A stretch of DNA of 64,000 nucleotides from Cyanophyceae cyanobacterium (GTDB taxonomy: Bacteria; Cyanobacteriota; Cyanobacteriia; Cyanobacteriales; Laspinemataceae): positions 83,148-147,147 of the forward strand of contig JBBQFN010000012.1 in NCBI GenBank assembly GCA_038321985.1, read 5' to 3'. The notes under the pieces were generated by a model. It had not been told where the DNA came from. It did no database searches and saw only the letters and a program-made list of their open reading frames with translations. How positions within the stretch are numbered: position 1 is the first letter of the stretch; each line of letters opens with the position of its first letter. Made by a program: the position numbers and the translations under genes. This document shows, one piece after another, positions 52,890-63,557 of the stretch.

Positions 52890-55800
52890 CTATCCACTAA
52901 AGCGCCTTTGACAGCGAGCGAAATAGATATGCGCCACGCGATCGCCAGGATTTTGATTTAGGCAATAGGCAAATAACCGGGCTGCTGCTAGAAAGTCCTC
53001 ATCATCAAATCGGGATAATGCTTCTATAAATAGGTCTAAGGTGGCTAATTTTCCCGCCTTGATTTCTAGGGAGTCGGCATCAAAGACTTCATAAACTGTT
53101 ACTTCTTCTGATTTTCCTTTAACCTTGACCCGATCAATCCGGCGAATGGCATAGCGATCGCGATGGATTAACCGAGAATAAGTCTGTTCTGTAATTAACA
53201 GTGCTACCCCATAATTTTTAGTCAATCCTTCTACCCGAGAGGCTAAATTTACCGCATCGCTAATCACCGTCCCATCCATGCGATTTTGTCCACCTACGGT
53301 TCCTAACATCAACGAACCTGTATTAATACCAATCCCATTTTTAATCGTTGCAAAGCCACACTTAACCCGATATTGATTGTAATCAAACAGGCGGTGCAAC
53401 ATAGAAATTCCGGCTTTAACCGCATTATCGGCTTCCCCACTAAACAGGGCCATAATTGAATCTCCGATATATTTATCAATGAAGCCGGAATGCTGAGAAA
53501 TTGCCGGTTCCATCCGAGATAAATAGGAGTTAATAAATTTAAAGTTATCTTCGGGAGTCATACTTTCACTCAGGGTGGTAAAGTCGCGAATATCGGAAAA
53601 CAGCACCGACATTTCCACCTGAACTTGGTCTCCTAATTCCACTTCGACAATACTTGCCTTATTTAAAACCTGGAGAAACTGACGAGGGACAAAGCGTTCG
53701 TAGGCTTGATTGAGTTGAGCTAACCGCTGTTCATTGTCTCGCACTTCAGAATATAATTTAGCATTTTGAATAGAAATAGCGGCTTGCCCTGAGAGCAGTT
53801 TTAATATTTCCACCCGTTCGGGGATAAACGCCCCTGTGGTGCAATTATTTTCTAAATAAACAATACTAATTAACTGGCCGCCATTGATGAGGGGAACGCA
53901 GAGGATAGATTGAGGTTGATTTTTTTGAATGTAGGAATCATTAGTAAAGTTACCTTTTCGGGTCGCATCATTTAACAAAATGGTTTCTTGGGTTCTAGCC
54001 ACATAATTGACAATAGCTTGGGAAACGCTCATACATTCGTCCAGGGGAAGGGATTGCAATACCGTGATGCGATCGTCGTTAATGGTTCCCTCTGCTTCTA
54101 TCCTCAGTTGTCCCTGATGAGATAAAATTAAACAACCCCGTTGTGCTCCCGCATTTTCAATCGCAATTTTCATTAAACTAGAGAGTAATTTCTCTAAGAT
54201 AATTTCTCCATAAATTGTCTCCGATGCTTTCATTAAAGTAGCCATATCCAGGTGAGCCAGGAAATCAAATTCACCCGCTGTTATGGTTTTTTTGAGGTCA
54301 GAAATCCCCCGGTTTTCTGAAGTTAGTAAGTTACCATACAATCTCTCTAACTGCTGTACCTTTGCGGCGGCCCCCCAGAGTTGATAAAAATAATGAGATT
54401 CTTGCAAATAGGTTTTTGCAATTAATACTTTCTTCTGGGATAGATAAAATTTAGCCGCCCGTTCGTAAATGAGGGCAGTTTCTGGGAGGCAATCCTGCTG
54501 TTTCACTAAATCAAGGGCGCGATCATAGCAGGCAACGGCTCGTTCATTTTCTCCTAAGACCTGATAAAGTTCGGCTGCAACTAGCTCAAATTTATGTCCA
54601 TTATTAAGGGAAGCTACTCTCGCCCATTTTTTCAGTTTTTTCTGGTTTTTCCTAACTTTTTTAAGTAACAATTGTAGAGAAAATTTGTCGGTTTTAGCTG
54701 CCCTATCTAATCGAATCAGGGAATCATACCAATAAAAATAAATCACCACCGGAGAGGCGGTTACTCCATCCAGATAAAGTTCACACAGATTAGCCGCAGC
54801 GATCGCTTGTTCTACATTGCCCAATAAATAGCAAAGTATCAACTTATTAAAGTACAGATAGCAAATGGCAGTTCGGTCATTACGGCTTTGAAGTTCAGGC
54901 AGGGTCAGGGTTTCATCAAAGGCTGTCCCTTTTAAAGAACAAGGGTTATCCGATTTCCCGAGTAAATTAAGAACCCCCTGGTGAAACACCTCTTGCAAAT
55001 TCAAAACTCGCCCTTGCCCCATATCCTGAATCCGGGCGGCATAAGTCGCCATTTCTGATTCTAATTTTACTAATTCTATCCCGCTCAAAAAGGCATTATA
55101 ACAATAGTGACAAGCCCCATAAGCAGCATATTCTAAATTCCCAGTTTCTAGTCCGACTTGATACGTGTTGAGTAGGGGTTTTAGCAAAGCGGATAGAGGT
55201 TCGATCCAATGTTGAATTAAAGCAGCCACCACAAATTCAGTTTCGGCTTTAACTTTTCGGGCATTTAGTTTAGATAGAACCTGGAGAGAGAGTTGACCAA
55301 ATTGATATCCTGTTTTCAATTGTCCTACCACGCCACAAAGAATCACGCCATAACTACTATAGGCATAAGCTGATTCTGAAGTGTTTCCCCATTTAATGGA
55401 TAAAGTAACATTTTTAAAGACAATTAAGGGAAACATTAAGGGATCGGCAAAATAGGCAGAGGATGTAATTTTACCGAGGATACTCATTGCTGCTTTGGGA
55501 TAGGCAGCATTCATCAACGGTAAATCAACTAGGCTGGATACGGGTTTAAATCCGATCGCTAAGTTAGTTTGCAATAAACCCCATAACACATGGCCGGTGT
55601 TGGGCTGTGTCGGTAATTTAATTCCTAGTAGTTTCAATACTTTTAATCCAATGGCGATCGCCTCCTTAAAATTGCTTTTAGCATTACAAGCCAAAATTTT
55701 AACTTCATACACTTTTACTGTATCTAAAACCGTCTTAGCATGAAGTAACACTGTCTCGATCATTTCATCCATTAAAGATAAATTTGTATTTAAATAAGCA

Positions 55801-58352
55801 ACTTCTGCTACTTTTTCATGTAAAGATAGAGTTAAATAATAATGCAGTTCCCAACTATTTTTCTCTAATAATTCTAATCCTAATTTTAAATAATTCAAGG
55901 CCGGTTGATAAGCCGCCGAAAGTTTAGCTTTTTCTCCTGCTATTAGATTTAATTCGGCCCATTCATATTTTTGGGAAGATTCTGTAATTAAAAAGAAGGC
56001 AAAATTTAATTGATTAACAATATCAAAAATTTTTTCTTCCCGGCGATCCAGGGGAGTATTGTCCAAGAGAATTTGTCCAATATCTTGGTGAACCCTAGCC
56101 CGTTCCCCATCTGGAATCAAAAAATAAGCCGCTTGTTGAATGCGATCGTGAACGAATTGATAAAGAAAGGCCGGGTATTCTTTCCGGGGAAAACAACAAC
56201 ACCAATATTGCTCGTCAGTTAGCACTAACTCAATTTCCCCGGGAGGTATCCGAGATATCACTAAATTTTCCGCAACCGCCGAGTGTAAACCCTCCAGGAT
56301 TTTTTTCAAAGATTGTTGACTGACTAACTCTAATACCTTTAAATCAAACTGATTTCCAATACAAGCGGCTAATTTCAGTAAGGATTGAGTCGTATGGGGT
56401 AGTTTTTGAATCTTACCCGTCATTAATTCCACCACATTATCTGTAAAATCTCTGGCCTTAATCTGACCTAAATCCCAGTGCCAACCTACCCTTCCCACCT
56501 GCGGAGTATCTAGAGAATCTACGGAGTAAGATATCGGTTCGGTCTCATCAGGAACTATTACTCTAAACTGAAGTAATTTTTCTGTATAAAGCGATTTTAA
56601 AAATTCATTGATAAAAAAAGGATTACCTCCAGTTTTAAGGTGAACTAACTCCGCGAGTTCCATTACCAGTTCTGGAGTTGATTGGAGGGTATCCCCAATT
56701 AATTTAGCAAGAGTCGGCAACTCTAATGCAGACAAAGAAATTCGCTGGATAATCGCCCCTTTTTTAGTAATTTCATTGACCATCAACTCCAGAGGATGAC
56801 CGGCTAATATTTCATTATCTCGATATGCACCAATTAAAAAAAGTCCCGGGAACGCCCCTGCCATGAGTCGCTGAATTAAGTTCAACGATGCCCCATCTGC
56901 CCACTGTAAATCATCAATAAACAAAGCTAAAGGATGTTGTGGTTGTGTAAAAACTTTAATAAAAGTTTGAAACACTAAATTAAAGCGATTTTGTGACTCA
57001 TTGGGTCCGAGTACGGGGACAGGGGGTTGCTTGCCAATAATTAATTCTATTTCTGGAATGACGTCCACAATGACTTGACCATTCACTCCGAGGGCGATTA
57101 ATAGCTTATCCTGCCACTGTTTGAGTTGGGCTTCGCTTTCAGTTAATAGGTATTTGATGAGTTGCTGTAACGCTTTAACTAAGGCGCTATAAGGAATATT
57201 TCGCTGATATTGGTCAAATTTACCCGTAATAAAGTAGCCCCGATGAGCCGTTATTGGTTTGTAGAGTTCTTGGACTAAAACTGATTTACCAATACCAGAA
57301 TATCCGGCAATCAACATAAGTTGACTTTGCACTCTAGCCCGATCAAAGGCTAAAAGTAAGGTTTCAATTTCGACCTCTCTGCCATAGAGCTTTTGGGGAA
57401 GTTGAAACTTATCGGAGATATCTTGAGAGGCAATGATAAAAGGAGAAATTTCTCCAGTAGTCTGGAGTTGCTGTAAACAAAGTGCTAAATCCGCTTTTAA
57501 TCCGTAAGCACTTTGATAGCGTTCTTCTCCAGTTTTTGCCATCAACTTTAAGATAATTTCGGACAGGACAGAGGGAATAGCGAGATCCGGGAACGCCGAG
57601 GGAACCAAATCTAGGTCCGTTCCTAAATTTTTCCCGTTTGAAATTTTATTTTCGACAACAAGATGTGGGGGTATCGGTTGTTTGGCAATATGACAATGGA
57701 TTAATTCTAAAGGGTCGGTACTCTCAAAGGGCAATCGGTGAGTCAACAGTTCATAAAAAGTGACCCCCAAGGAATAAAAGTCACTCCGATAATCGATACA
57801 TCGGTTCATTCTGCCGGTTTGTTCGGGAGACAAGTAGGCCAGAGTCCCTTCGAGTCTTTGGGGATTTTGTAGGGTAGTATTTTCCTGGGTCAGTTGAGTA
57901 GAAATCCCAAAATCAATGATTTTAATTTGTCCCGTGTTGGGATTAAATACAATATTACCCGGATTAATATCTTTATGAATAATATGAGCCGCGTGTATTT
58001 GGGCGATCGCTTCGGTAACCCCAAGTGCTATTTGTAGAAATTCTTTTAAACTAAATTGGCGGTGCTGCATCCAGTAGCTTAAAGATTCTCCCCCAAAATC
58101 TTCGATAAGCATGACGAGGCAATTGTCATACTTTTGTAAGTCGTAAACTTGAACCACGCCGGGGACATTCAGAGATGTAGTAATGTCATACTCAGTGCGG
58201 TAGCGGAGGATTTCTTGTGGGGTAGGATAATTCTTTTTGAGAAATTTAAGGATAATAGATTGATTATCTTGTTCTCGGATCCCCCGATATAAAAGGGAGT
58301 TAGAACTTTCATAAATTTGCATTTGAATGGCAATGCCAGGAAGCGTGAACAT
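52890..58352 (-). CDS. Ser/Thr kinase - AAA_16 ATPase - GAF - class III nucleotide cyclase (ORF open from 58475)
   Basis: HKDINPGN, DFG, GTLAYLSPEQ; GYSGIGKS and FIDDLQWAD; GAF (YLENN); FSDIRDFT, KYIGD and TVISDAVNLASR. Confidence 0.93.
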   Translation of the reverse strand: MFTLPGIAIQMQIYESSNSLLYRGIREQDNQSIILKFLKKNYPTPQEILRYRTEYDITTSLNVPGVVQVYDLQKYDNCLVMLIEDFGGESLSYWMQHRQFSLKEFLQIALGVTEAIAQIHAAHIIHKDINPGNIVFNPNTGQIKIIDFGISTQLTQENTTLQNPQRLEGTLAYLSPEQTGRMNRCIDYRSDFYSLGVTFYELLTHRLPFESTDPLELIHCHIAKQPIPPHLVVENKISNGKNLGTDLDLVPSAFPDLAIPSVLSEIILKLMAKTGEERYQSAYGLKADLALCLQQLQTTGEISPFIIASQDISDKFQLPQKLYGREVEIETLLLAFDRARVQSQLMLIAGYSGIGKSVLVQELYKPITAHRGYFITGKFDQYQRNIPYSALVKALQQLIKYLLTESEAQLKQWQDKLLIALGVNGQVIVDVIPEIELIIGKQPPVPVLGPNESQNRFNLVFQTFIKVFTQPQHPLALFIDDLQWADGASLNLIQRLMAGAFPGLFLIGAYRDNEILAGHPLELMVNEITKKGAIIQRISLSALELPTLAKLIGDTLQSTPELVMELAELVHLKTGGNPFFINEFLKSLYTEKLLQFRVIVPDETEPISYSVDSLDTPQVGRVGWHWDLGQIKARDFTDNVVELMTGKIQKLPHTTQSLLKLAACIGNQFDLKVLELVSQQSLKKILEGLHSAVAENLVISRIPPGEIELVLTDEQYWCCCFPRKEYPAFLYQFVHDRIQQAAYFLIPDGERARVHQDIGQILLDNTPLDRREEKIFDIVNQLNFAFFLITESSQKYEWAELNLIAGEKAKLSAAYQPALNYLKLGLELLEKNSWELHYYLTLSLHEKVAEVAYLNTNLSLMDEMIETVLLHAKTVLDTVKVYEVKILACNAKSNFKEAIAIGLKVLKLLGIKLPTQPNTGHVLWGLLQTNLAIGFKPVSSLVDLPLMNAAYPKAAMSILGKITSSAYFADPLMFPLIVFKNVTLSIKWGNTSESAYAYSSYGVILCGVVGQLKTGYQFGQLSLQVLSKLNARKVKAETEFVVAALIQHWIEPLSALLKPLLNTYQVGLETGNLEYAAYGACHYCYNAFLSGIELVKLESEMATYAARIQDMGQGRVLNLQEVFHQGVLNLLGKSDNPCSLKGTAFDETLTLPELQSRNDRTAICYLYFNKLILCYLLGNVEQAIAAANLCELYLDGVTASPVVIYFYWYDSLIRLDRAAKTDKFSLQLLLKKVRKNQKKLKKWARVASLNNGHKFELVAAELYQVLGENERAVACYDRALDLVKQQDCLPETALIYERAAKFYLSQKKVLIAKTYLQESHYFYQLWGAAAKVQQLERLYGNLLTSENRGISDLKKTITAGEFDFLAHLDMATLMKASETIYGEIILEKLLSSLMKIAIENAGAQRGCLILSHQGQLRIEAEGTINDDRITVLQSLPLDECMSVSQAIVNYVARTQETILLNDATRKGNFTNDSYIQKNQPQSILCVPLINGGQLISIVYLENNCTTGAFIPERVEILKLLSGQAAISIQNAKLYSEVRDNEQRLAQLNQAYERFVPRQFLQVLNKASIVEVELGDQVQVEMSVLFSDIRDFTTLSESMTPEDNFKFINSYLSRMEPAISQHSGFIDKYIGDSIMALFSGEADNAVKAGISMLHRLFDYNQYRVKCGFATIKNGIGINTGSLMLGTVGGQNRMDGTVISDAVNLASRVEGLTKNYGVALLITEQTYSRLIHRDRYAIRRIDRVKVKGKSEEVTVYEVFDADSLEIKAGKLATLDLFIEALSRFDDEDFLAAARLFAYCLNQNPGDRVAHIYFARCQRRFSG

Positions 58353-58867
58353 AGTTAGAGGGTGATTATAAAATGATCCAATTTTGTGGAGTGCCGGGGC
58401 GATCGCAGGGATAACCTTAGGGACATCACAACACGAAAGCCACCTCCAACCAAAAAACGCAAAATTTGAACCCACTGCTTCCTATCAGGTGAACCCCAGC
58501 CAAAAACTGATATAAAAATCAGCCTTAAGATAGGTGCAGGTTTCTCAACCCGTCAAAAATCACTCACAGGACCTAAATTATTCCCCGGTGTGACGCTCAC
58601 TTCCGGGATATAGGGCCGTCTATCCCTGAATCGGAGTGACCCCAAGGCAAATTTCCCAAAGAAATTGATAGTTTAAATTTAATTTCATTGGCAACTGCAA
58701 GGAAAGTAATTGTTCTCTAGGATAGCTTATCTATTCTAGGAATTTTGAGGCGATCGCGGTAATAAACCACTCCTATAGACTTCTAATCCTTCCCCTATCC
58801 CCAAAAGTCCATTCTCTCTCGGGTGAATTTTACAGGTCCCTTCAGAAAGACTATCAAAATTCTCCGA

Positions 58868-59026
58868 TTAGGTATCACCCTTTCCCTGGGCGCGATCGCC
58901 ATAAATCTGGGCCACGCGATCGCCAGGATTCTGCTTTACACACTCTTGAAACAACTGTGCAGACTCTACAAACTCCCCTTGATCGTAAAGGGATAACGCT
59001 TCTGCAAATAGCTCTATTACATCTCG
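58868..59026 (-). pseudogene. Orphan C-terminal fragment of a paralogous cyclase gene
   Basis: Unlisted frame RDVIELFAEALSLYDQGEFVESAQLFQECVKQNPGDRVAQIYGDRAQGKGDT* aligns with the C-terminus LDLFIEALSRFDDEDFLAAARLFAYCLNQNPGDRVAHIYFARCQ of the 52890-58352 protein. Confidence 0.8.
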
Positions 59027-59334
59027 CTAGGCCCAAAAAATCTAAACAAAAGTATTCCAGGCGCAATATTTTTGGTCTAAGTTTAGATAGCTAACTCTGG
59101 CTAACTTATCTTTCTGCAATATGCGATTGAGGTTCAAGAGTTAATAGCCTTACCCCTCCCATCAGCGTGCCTTTTATCTCTGGGTTTGAAAGTCTATAAC
59201 CCAGATTCAGTATAGTTCTGACGCTTTTTGTCACCCCCCCATAAGTCAATAAGTGAATACATCATTTACCTTATTTCTACAACTAAGATCACGAATTACG
59301 TCGCTTCTAAAAATATTGGCGAAAAAGCTGATTT

Positions 59335-60453
59335 TCACTTGGACAGAAGTTCTTTACTGCATTCCTGTAGATGCGAAAGTAAACTTTGAGCTACTATTTC
59401 ACCAATGCGAACGGGAACAGCATTCCCAATTAGACGACCCAGTTTGGCAAACCTTGCCTGTTCTCCGGGCGCGAGAAAACAATAGTTATCTGGGAAAGTC
59501 TGGAGAATAGCCGCTTCCCTAAGAGAAATGGCACGATCTTGTTCTGGATGTCCAAATCGACCATTACCATATCCAAAGCACTGTGTTGTAATTGTTGGCG
59601 ATGGAGCATCCCATTCCATGCGACCATAAACACTGGGGTAAGTTTGACCAGATTGTTTACGATGGCATTGCGCTAGTAATGACTTATCCCAATCCCTCCA
59701 TGTACCTCCGGGTTTTGATGCTCTAATCCGAAGTAGGTTAAGTTCGCTTAGTGACGAGGCCGTATGGAGTGGATCATTCGGATCAGAACACCCAGAAGCT
59801 AATGGTGGTAAATGAACTATTGCTTGACGAACAGTCCTCTTATTATTTTCATCCAGATTGGGAGGCAGTAGCTTTATTTTGCCTAGTCGAGATGCAATGA
59901 GAACAAGCCGTTTACGTGTTTGTGGAACACCATAATGAACACAATCTACTAGCTCATACGATATTTCATACCCTTTTAAGTCTTTCAAAAAATCTGTAAA
60001 GACTTGATGATCTAAAAGCTGCGGTACATTTTCCATCGTTACAAATTCGGGTTGAACTTCTTTCACTAATCGACTAAAATCAGAAACCAATCCCCATTTT
60101 GTATCGTCACGAAATTGGCGACCTTTACGACTGTAAGTTGAAAAGGGTTGGCAAGGAGCACAACCTGCTAGCAATCGTAATTTTGAGTCCCCGAAAATAT
60201 CTAGTAGCTCCTTGCCTTTTAATTGGCTGACATCTTTTTCAATGAAGCGAGAATCATTATTTTGCTTATACGGAAAACAGCATTGTGGATCAATATCTAT
60301 GCCTGCAATAACTCGAATACCTCCTTTGATCAGTCCATGCGTAAGCCCCCCCGCTCCACAAAATAAATCTATGCAACAAATGGATTGCGCTTGATTATTA
60401 GCATGAATTTCCTGCCCATCATAAGTTTTATTTTTAACCAAACGTTTAATCAT
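59335..60453 (-). CDS. C5 DNA cytosine methyltransferase (ORF open from 60522)
   Basis: DLFCGAGG (I), GCAPCQ (IV, catalytic PC), MENV (VI), QTRKR (VIII), LREAAILQ (IX), GNAV (X). ATG at 60453 overlaps the HEPN stop. Confidence 0.95.
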   Translation of the reverse strand: MIKRLVKNKTYDGQEIHANNQAQSICCIDLFCGAGGLTHGLIKGGIRVIAGIDIDPQCCFPYKQNNDSRFIEKDVSQLKGKELLDIFGDSKLRLLAGCAPCQPFSTYSRKGRQFRDDTKWGLVSDFSRLVKEVQPEFVTMENVPQLLDHQVFTDFLKDLKGYEISYELVDCVHYGVPQTRKRLVLIASRLGKIKLLPPNLDENNKRTVRQAIVHLPPLASGCSDPNDPLHTASSLSELNLLRIRASKPGGTWRDWDKSLLAQCHRKQSGQTYPSVYGRMEWDAPSPTITTQCFGYGNGRFGHPEQDRAISLREAAILQTFPDNYCFLAPGEQARFAKLGRLIGNAVPVRIGEIVAQSLLSHLQECSKELLSK

Positions 60454-61211
60454 CCTCCGACTCCTGTAGGTCTGTGTTCTGGCATCAAAAACTCGTAGGC
60501 ATCTATTGATGATTGAAAGCAAGCTACCACTTCCCGTAAGTATAAACTTGTTCGTTCGGTCAAGTCGCGAAGATCATTCACAGTAACTCCTTCACCACAT
60601 TCTGCAAAAGAAAGACTACCATGAGCTAAGTCATTCCGCAGATTTTTTATAAATTTAAGAGCTCCTTCGTCATTTCGGAATGGTCGGCTGACTCCCTTAT
60701 AAATAGCAGGGCTAATTCTTAACCCAAAGCCTAAACGTGTACTTATTTTACTGATTGCTTTCTCATCCCAGTTGCCACCCGCTCCTTTTTCAATTTCAAA
60801 AGTTGATATGGGAAGAGTTTGTATAAAGTGGTCGCAGAGTTTTAAAGCTGATTCAAGACGGTTTTCGTACTTTAATTCTATATGAGTACGCGCTATAAAT
60901 CTTACCCACTCTTTGCGCAGAGAATCAGATAAGTGTCCAGGATGTGTAGATCGGCTAATCACACTTTGACAAACAGCCTCTAAACACCGGCTAACTGTTG
61001 ATTCGACAAGATTATATAGCTGTAAATAAACGCTTGAATAAAGGATGCGCTGTTGTTGCACAGTGATAATTGCCCCGCTTTCCCCAAACTGAGGAGGACC
61101 TTCTTGGACTTGCTGTTCTAACCCTTCAAGAAGATCTAAATACGCCTCTATCTCCTGCAATCGATCTTCAAATGCTTGACTCAATTCACCCATACCTTCG
61201 TTATTCTCCAA
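60450..61211 (-). CDS. HEPN-domain putative RNase (MAE_28990/MAE_18760-like)
   Basis: LQLYNLVESTV, GNWD and the Rx4H motif RNDLAHG followed by SFAECG. Confidence 0.8.
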   Translation of the reverse strand: MENNEGMGELSQAFEDRLQEIEAYLDLLEGLEQQVQEGPPQFGESGAIITVQQQRILYSSVYLQLYNLVESTVSRCLEAVCQSVISRSTHPGHLSDSLRKEWVRFIARTHIELKYENRLESALKLCDHFIQTLPISTFEIEKGAGGNWDEKAISKISTRLGFGLRISPAIYKGVSRPFRNDEGALKFIKNLRNDLAHGSLSFAECGEGVTVNDLRDLTERTSLYLREVVACFQSSIDAYEFLMPEHRPTGVGG

Positions 61212-62274
61212 GCAGCCTATCGCGAACAGAGTTAATACGTGCTGTTAATCTTCCTTTAGCATTAGCACCATCTGCACCGATTATTTTTATAAATTCCTTA
61301 CTCGTAAGCCAATCTTGTGTATGGAAAGATTTTTCGGCTATCTCAGGTCGCTCCTGAAGTGCATGGTAGCTTCCAATTGCAATAGCTTCAAAGCGAGCCC
61401 TTCGCGTCACTGTACCCTTCAGTGTCCCACGAAATCCCCATATAAAGTTTCGCGATACAAAATCCATTGTTTTAAGAAATCTTTGACGATAATCTTCTAC
61501 CGCTTCTGGCTTTTGATGAAAATATTCATTCATTTTTTTTGTATAGCTATAGAGAAAAACTGCTACCTGATCCCTATACTCTTCTAATCCATCACTGTAG
61601 GCAAAGAACCGTGTAACAAGCTCTTCGCGTTCCCTCTGTTTCTCCTGTTGCTTTGATACTGGTGCAAGGGTAAGAAAAATTTCTTCCTTGGAAAGACATA
61701 TAACGAGATCTTGAAATGGACCTCCTAATGCTCCTCGACGTACTTCAGCCTTATTTGCAATCTTGCTGCTTGTATTAATTCGCTCAAATAAATCAAAACG
61801 AGATTGTTCATCAGTATTTTCACTAAGTACAATTCCTCTAATTGAGCGATTTTTAAGCTTTCGTTGTCTGGAATCTGGTAAATCCTGAAATGTAAATCCA
61901 GTCAGCAAAGATAATTGATCCAAATCGCCTAGAGCGAAATCCCCTAGAATAAACTGCTCAATTGTACGGAGTCGTTGTGAGCCATCGACAATTTCAAGTT
62001 TTCCTGTTTCTGGGATTTCCCAGAAAAACAGAAATGGAATCGGAAGCCCCATTAATACTGACTCAATGAATCGAGATTTTCTATTATTTTCCCATGTGTC
62101 TTCACGCTGATAGTTTGGGACTTCAAAGTCACCATTTTTCATCTTTTGAGCTAAAATTTCAATAGTGTACTCAGTAATGTAAAATTCAATGCGTTTTGAT
62201 TGATCAACAATTTGTTTCTCCGCAGCCAAAATCTCTTCTTCAATAGGCGATTTCCGTTCTTGTTCCTTTGCCAT
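61201..62274 (-). CDS. DUF262 (ParB/GmrS-like) domain protein
   Basis: PNYQRE, SRFIESVLMGLPIP, IVDGSQRL, FERINT; RBS GAGGA upstream. Confidence 0.9.
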   Translation of the reverse strand: MAKEQERKSPIEEEILAAEKQIVDQSKRIEFYITEYTIEILAQKMKNGDFEVPNYQREDTWENNRKSRFIESVLMGLPIPFLFFWEIPETGKLEIVDGSQRLRTIEQFILGDFALGDLDQLSLLTGFTFQDLPDSRQRKLKNRSIRGIVLSENTDEQSRFDLFERINTSSKIANKAEVRRGALGGPFQDLVICLSKEEIFLTLAPVSKQQEKQREREELVTRFFAYSDGLEEYRDQVAVFLYSYTKKMNEYFHQKPEAVEDYRQRFLKTMDFVSRNFIWGFRGTLKGTVTRRARFEAIAIGSYHALQERPEIAEKSFHTQDWLTSKEFIKIIGADGANAKGRLTARINSVRDRLLGE

Positions 62275-62603
62275 TTTTTCAACTTCCTCTCATAGTGCCT
62301 TAATTACTTTCATCATTTAGAGGACAAATGCCTTCGCTTGCTTTTGATAAAAAGTTCAGCCATTTAAAATTTAAGCCGAACTCCTCAATCATAGCACTTC
62401 ATTTCTTGCAGGGCAAGGGTTAAAGACTAATAAGAGTAACCCCCATCAAGATTCATATAACTTGACAAATTTCAAGCTATATCTACAGGAGGTTAGCAGT
62501 AATTGTCTCTTCTACGTCTCTTTTCCTAAATGCTCTACCGATGTTTTATGTTCTATTAACTGTCTGGCTTTTGAGTGGCTTGTCATCCCCGATGAGAAAA
62601 TTT

Positions 62604-63557
62604 TTACTCGGCTTCCCCGGCATGATAGGAACTGCGAACCAGGGGACCCGATCGCACATGAGAAAATCCCATTTCCCGGGCGATCGCGCCTAACTCCTCA
62701 AACTCCTCCGGCGTCCAATATTTCTGCACCGGCAAATGTTCTAACGAGGGCCGCATATACTGCCCTAATGTCAGGCGATCGCAACCCACCGCCCTCAAAT
62801 CCTTCAGCGCTTCAAGAATCTCCTCCTTCGTTTCCCCATGTCCCAGCATTAACCCCGACTTCGTAGGAATCGTTGAATCCAGTTCCTTGACAATTTTCAA
62901 CACCGCCAAAGAGCGATCGGACTTCGCCCCTCGACGCACCCGCCCTTGTAACCGGCGCACCGTCTCTACATTATGGTTATAACAAGCCGGTTTTGCCGCC
63001 ACAACCGTTGCAATTCTCTCTCGTTGTAAGCGTTCCAACTCTGCCCCTTCCCCAGGATTGACCGCCCCCTGTCCTCCCCAGAAATCCGCCGTGAGGACCT
63101 CAATTTGAGTTTCCGGGGTGCGATCGCGAATTTCGTTCATCGTTGCCACAAACCATCCCGCGCCCCCATCCGCCAAATCGTCTCGCGCCACCGAAGTCAG
63201 CACCACATAACGCAATCCCAACAACTGCACCGCTTCTGCCACCTTTTGCGGTTCCTGGGGGTCCAGCGGCATCGGCGCATGACCCTTATCGACTTGACAG
63301 AACCCACAAGAACGAGTGCAAGTGGGACCCATCAGCAAAAACGTTGCGGTCTTATTTCCGTAACATTCCCCGCGATTGGGACAGCGGCCCTCTTCACAAA
63401 TCGTATGGATCTGCCGCTGTTTGATAATTCGTTGCACTTCGGACAACTCACTCGCTTTGCCAATGCCTCGGCGTCGCAACCAGTCCGGCATTGCCTCTAT
63501 TTCACTCCGGAATGGGTTAGCAGCAGTTGGATTCGTAGGAGTTGTTTGAGGAGACAT
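62604..63557 (-). CDS. lipA: Lipoyl synthase
   Basis: [31 protein letters not shown]. Confidence 0.97.
   Translation of the reverse strand: MSPQTTPTNPTAANPFRSEIEAMPDWLRRRGIGKASELSEVQRIIKQRQIHTICEEGRCPNRGECYGNKTATFLLMGPTCTRSCGFCQVDKGHAPMPLDPQEPQKVAEAVQLLGLRYVVLTSVARDDLADGGAGWFVATMNEIRDRTPETQIEVLTADFWGGQGAVNPGEGAELERLQRERIATVVAAKPACYNHNVETVRRLQGRVRRGAKSDRSLAVLKIVKELDSTIPTKSGLMLGHGETKEEILEALKDLRAVGCDRLTLGQYMRPSLEHLPVQKYWTPEEFEELGAIAREMGFSHVRSGPLVRSSYHAGEAE

Noticed and set aside
58875..59066. 63-aa ORF from the track
   Set aside because: The homology signal is in a different frame (58868-59026), so the listed ORF looks spurious.
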